From positions 1 through 59,705 of the IMG/VR virus record IMGVR_UViG_3300029319_000047: a stretch of DNA of 59,705 bases; one strand, given 5' to 3'. The translations under genes were made by a program, and so were the position numbers. Below, in pieces: positions 57,548-59,705 of the stretch (the first letter of the stretch is position 1; each line of letters starts with the position of its first letter). Below the pieces are notes generated by a model that saw nothing but the letters and a program-made list of their open reading frames with translations, was not told where the DNA came from and searched no databases. The stretch is from a virus (lineage: Duplodnaviria > Caudoviricetes).

Positions 57548-57771
57548 ATGAGAGCTAGAGAAACAATAGAAAAACAAATATTTTCTATCTCTGAGGATGA
57601 TAGAAAAAGCATGCCCTGGCTGAAGAGATCAGGATGGCTACAGCGGGCAAGGTCGTGAATGAAGAACTGATTCACAAGCTGGACAATATCATCACGACAC
57701 TTAGCACTCTAAGAGATAGCTACATGTGGAGATTGCTCAGGGCAGCCAAACAAAATCACATGATTGACTAG
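57548..57771 (+). pseudogene. Small ORF interrupted by an apparent frameshift (pseudogene, sequence error or recoding)
   Basis: SD GAGG then MRARETIEKQIFSISEDDRK; the -1 frame continues ALAEEIRMATAGKVVNEELIHKLDNIITTLSTLRDSYMWRLLRAAKQNHMID*. Confidence 0.55.
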
Positions 57772-57998
57772 TCGTTAATATCAGGTATAGAAATATCTGG
57801 GTTCTCCATTTTGAAGCGGAGGCCCCAGTTTTCCATATCTCTCTTAGTCCATTGATCCTCTAGCTTTTGCTCTAGAGTATCCAGCTTAAAATTTATATTA
57901 TTAAGCTGTGTGCTAATCCAAACAACGCCAACGCAAATGGTAATAACCATGCCTAAAGGTAGCATCGTATCTTTTGATATAAGTGTTTTCTTTTCCAT
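57768..57998 (-). CDS. Small membrane protein (possible holin-like)
   Basis: One hydrophobic segment LPLGMVITICVGVVWI followed by a coiled coil. Confidence 0.6.
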   Translation of the reverse strand: MEKKTLISKDTMLPLGMVITICVGVVWISTQLNNINFKLDTLEQKLEDQWTKRDMENWGLRFKMENPDISIPDIND

Positions 57999-58015
57999 GG
58001 TATTACCTTATAAAA

Positions 58016-58246
58016 TCAGGTTGGACGATCCTCATCGCCTTTTCTAGGCACGGGCTGCGGAGCCCATGCTGTTATTGTGACATCAGCTTCTCGGACTGTA
58101 ATTGGTCCGCTAGTGTCGTGTTCTATGTCAGTTAGCCAACCACCAAGTGTGCCATCTGGAAGAGCTTCTTTTTCAGCACCACAGATAATGACTCTCCAAC
58201 TGGCTCCGTCCCAAGAGACGATATCTCCTACTTTTAAGTTAGTCAT
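58016..58246 (-). CDS. Hypothetical protein
   Basis: 76-aa ORF coupled (ATGA) to the fibre gene. Confidence 0.65.
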   Translation of the reverse strand: MTNLKVGDIVSWDGASWRVIICGAEKEALPDGTLGGWLTDIEHDTSGPITVREADVTITAWAPQPVPRKGDEDRPT

Positions 58247-59705
58247 GCTCCTTTCCTCTGTATTTTAATAATTACTGTGCTGGCGTCAATAGTAACAGAG
58301 CCAAGAACTAGAGCCACTCCTAATATGTCACCAGCAGCAACATCCACATCAAGTGTAAAGTCACTGAAAGTATCAACAGCCCCTAAAACACCAGTTTGAA
58401 CTATACCAGTGGTGTTCGTTCCTCCACTGTTTTTATCAATTCTTGCATTCCAACCATTAAAGGTCGTTGAACTATGTCCCCTCCACCCAGTGATCACCAT
58501 ATCATGGGGAACAAGCCACCCCTTCTCCTGCGTGGTCGCTGCTGTGCCCTGATGACCAACATACAAGAAGTGCCCCACTCCAGCGCCAGTTGCGGCATTT
58601 GCCTTTCCCATGCTGATGTAATAAGGGCATCCAAGCCAATGTCCACGCCCTGAGTCATAGGTGTATAACTCATCATGAGTGGTGTTGTACCAAAGATCTC
58701 CCTCAGCGGGAGATGGTGGGGCAGCAGTTCCTGCACTAACACCCAGCATGTTTCTTGCAGTGGCTTTATCAACAGATTCTACAGGGGCACCTAAAGTATT
58801 AGGGTTGCCCAGGAAGTTACCTGCTGCTATGGGAGTTAGTTTATTTAAAGCAAGTCCACCTATGGCAATATTTCCACTCGCTGCTCCTGTCTGTAATTGA
58901 TTTGGGCCAACAGAGTCATCAGCAAGTGCAGCTTCACCTATCTCATTATTTCCGATATTTATAGCTCTAATTTTTCTAAAAGCAAGTTTTCCATCTGCTT
59001 CATTTAAAGATAAAACTGAACCACCTTCTGGCGTGTCTATAACAGAACCATCAGCACCAGAAATCTCCACAGAAGACCCGTTTGCCACAAACAAAGCACT
59101 AGCTACAGCCGATCCGCCACCTACTCCTTGAAGAAAGTTAGAAGACAGAGTTGTTAGGTTGCTCCATGCACATAAGCTATAATCGAAGGAAGAAGCTGCT
59201 TTATTAATTCCAGTTTTGGTCCAAGTAGCAGTATCAGTTCTACTAGGACCAATTCTAATTCCACCCTCTGGGCTTGTTAAAATCAAAAATGTAGATGATA
59301 GATCTAATATACCACCAGATCCACTAACCGATGCACAATTGCTAATAGAGTTTCCATTGGCATTAAGATTTGCAGCTAGTTGAGAATTACCTGCAAAGGT
59401 ATTAGTCACAATGGTATTAGGATAATTTGTAGACCCATCAAGTATACCAGACAAGTTTTGTGTTGATACTGCAAGTTGCGTTAAAAAGGTATTTCTATTT
59501 GATATGTTTACACCATCAACAGTGCCTGGATTTGTAATATTATTACTATTACAATCAAGGTTTACTTTTAATCTGCCTGCTTGATCAAATGTTCCATCGG
59601 CAAAAGTATTAGGATAATCAGTGGAACTATCAAGTATACTAGAAAGATTTCTAGTGGACACTTCAAGACTAGTGACTAAAGTATTTGGGTAGTTTGTAGA
59701 TCCAT
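58243..59705 (-). CDS. Tail fibre-like protein, 5' end beyond the window
   Basis: Frame stays open to the window end; LADDSVG-type repeat, PSPAEGDLWYNT motif, C-terminal beta-sandwich. Confidence 0.75.
   Translation of the reverse strand, partial: GSTNYPNTLVTSLEVSTRNLSSILDSSTDYPNTFADGTFDQAGRLKVNLDCNSNNITNPGTVDGVNISNRNTFLTQLAVSTQNLSGILDGSTNYPNTIVTNTFAGNSQLAANLNANGNSISNCASVSGSGGILDLSSTFLILTSPEGGIRIGPSRTDTATWTKTGINKAASSFDYSLCAWSNLTTLSSNFLQGVGGGSAVASALFVANGSSVEISGADGSVIDTPEGGSVLSLNEADGKLAFRKIRAINIGNNEIGEAALADDSVGPNQLQTGAASGNIAIGGLALNKLTPIAAGNFLGNPNTLGAPVESVDKATARNMLGVSAGTAAPPSPAEGDLWYNTTHDELYTYDSGRGHWLGCPYYISMGKANAATGAGVGHFLYVGHQGTAATTQEKGWLVPHDMVITGWRGHSSTTFNGWNARIDKNSGGTNTTGIVQTGVLGAVDTFSDFTLDVDVAAGDILGVALVLGSVTIDASTVIIKIQRKGA
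59409..59705 (-). repeat. Protein-level repeat VSTxNLSxILDxSTxYPNT (two full copies and one partial)
   Basis: GSTNYPNTL, VSTRNLSSILDSSTDYPNTF, VSTQNLSGILDGSTNYPNTI. Confidence 0.75.

Noticed and set aside
1-59705. Stop-codon reassignment as an explanation for split genes
   Set aside because: Long conserved genes are intact in the standard code and use all three stops. The splits involve frame changes, and reading through the gp26 TAG adds only a few residues before TAA

Overview
The window is a gene-dense fragment of a large tailed dsDNA phage (myovirus), in the standard genetic code and almost entirely on the minus strand. Its morphogenesis module is T4-type: gp21/22/23 head, gp13/14/15 neck, gp18/19 tail, gp6/25/53/5/27/26/51-like baseplate, tape measure, PAAR and several large fibre or receptor-binding proteins. 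It also has a gp55-like late sigma factor, gp46/47 and UvsW. The replication and nucleotide genes are not T4-like: a family A DNA polymerase split over three coupled ORFs with an N-terminal UDG-like domain, ThyX, a probable class II ribonucleotide reductase, a TOPRIM primase, a RecB/Cas4-like nuclease and an Hjc-type resolvase. The most notable observations are: (1) the tripartite UDG-exo/thumb/palm PolA; (2) a candidate -1 programmed frameshift (A AAT TTT TTC) joining the gp26-like chaperone to an uncalled gp51-like ORF; (3) near-palindromic CTATWATAG elements in tiny divergent intergenic gaps, suggesting bidirectional and partly leaderless transcription; (4) primase and nuclease genes starting head-to-head on one ATGTACAT palindrome; (5) a recurring YKx[IM]Gxx[LM][AS]E motif in putative internal head proteins; (6) gp15 and PAAR proteins carrying extra domains. 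No tRNA, CRISPR array, intein, intron or integrase was recognised. All product calls come from motif recognition by eye and gene order, not from database searches.
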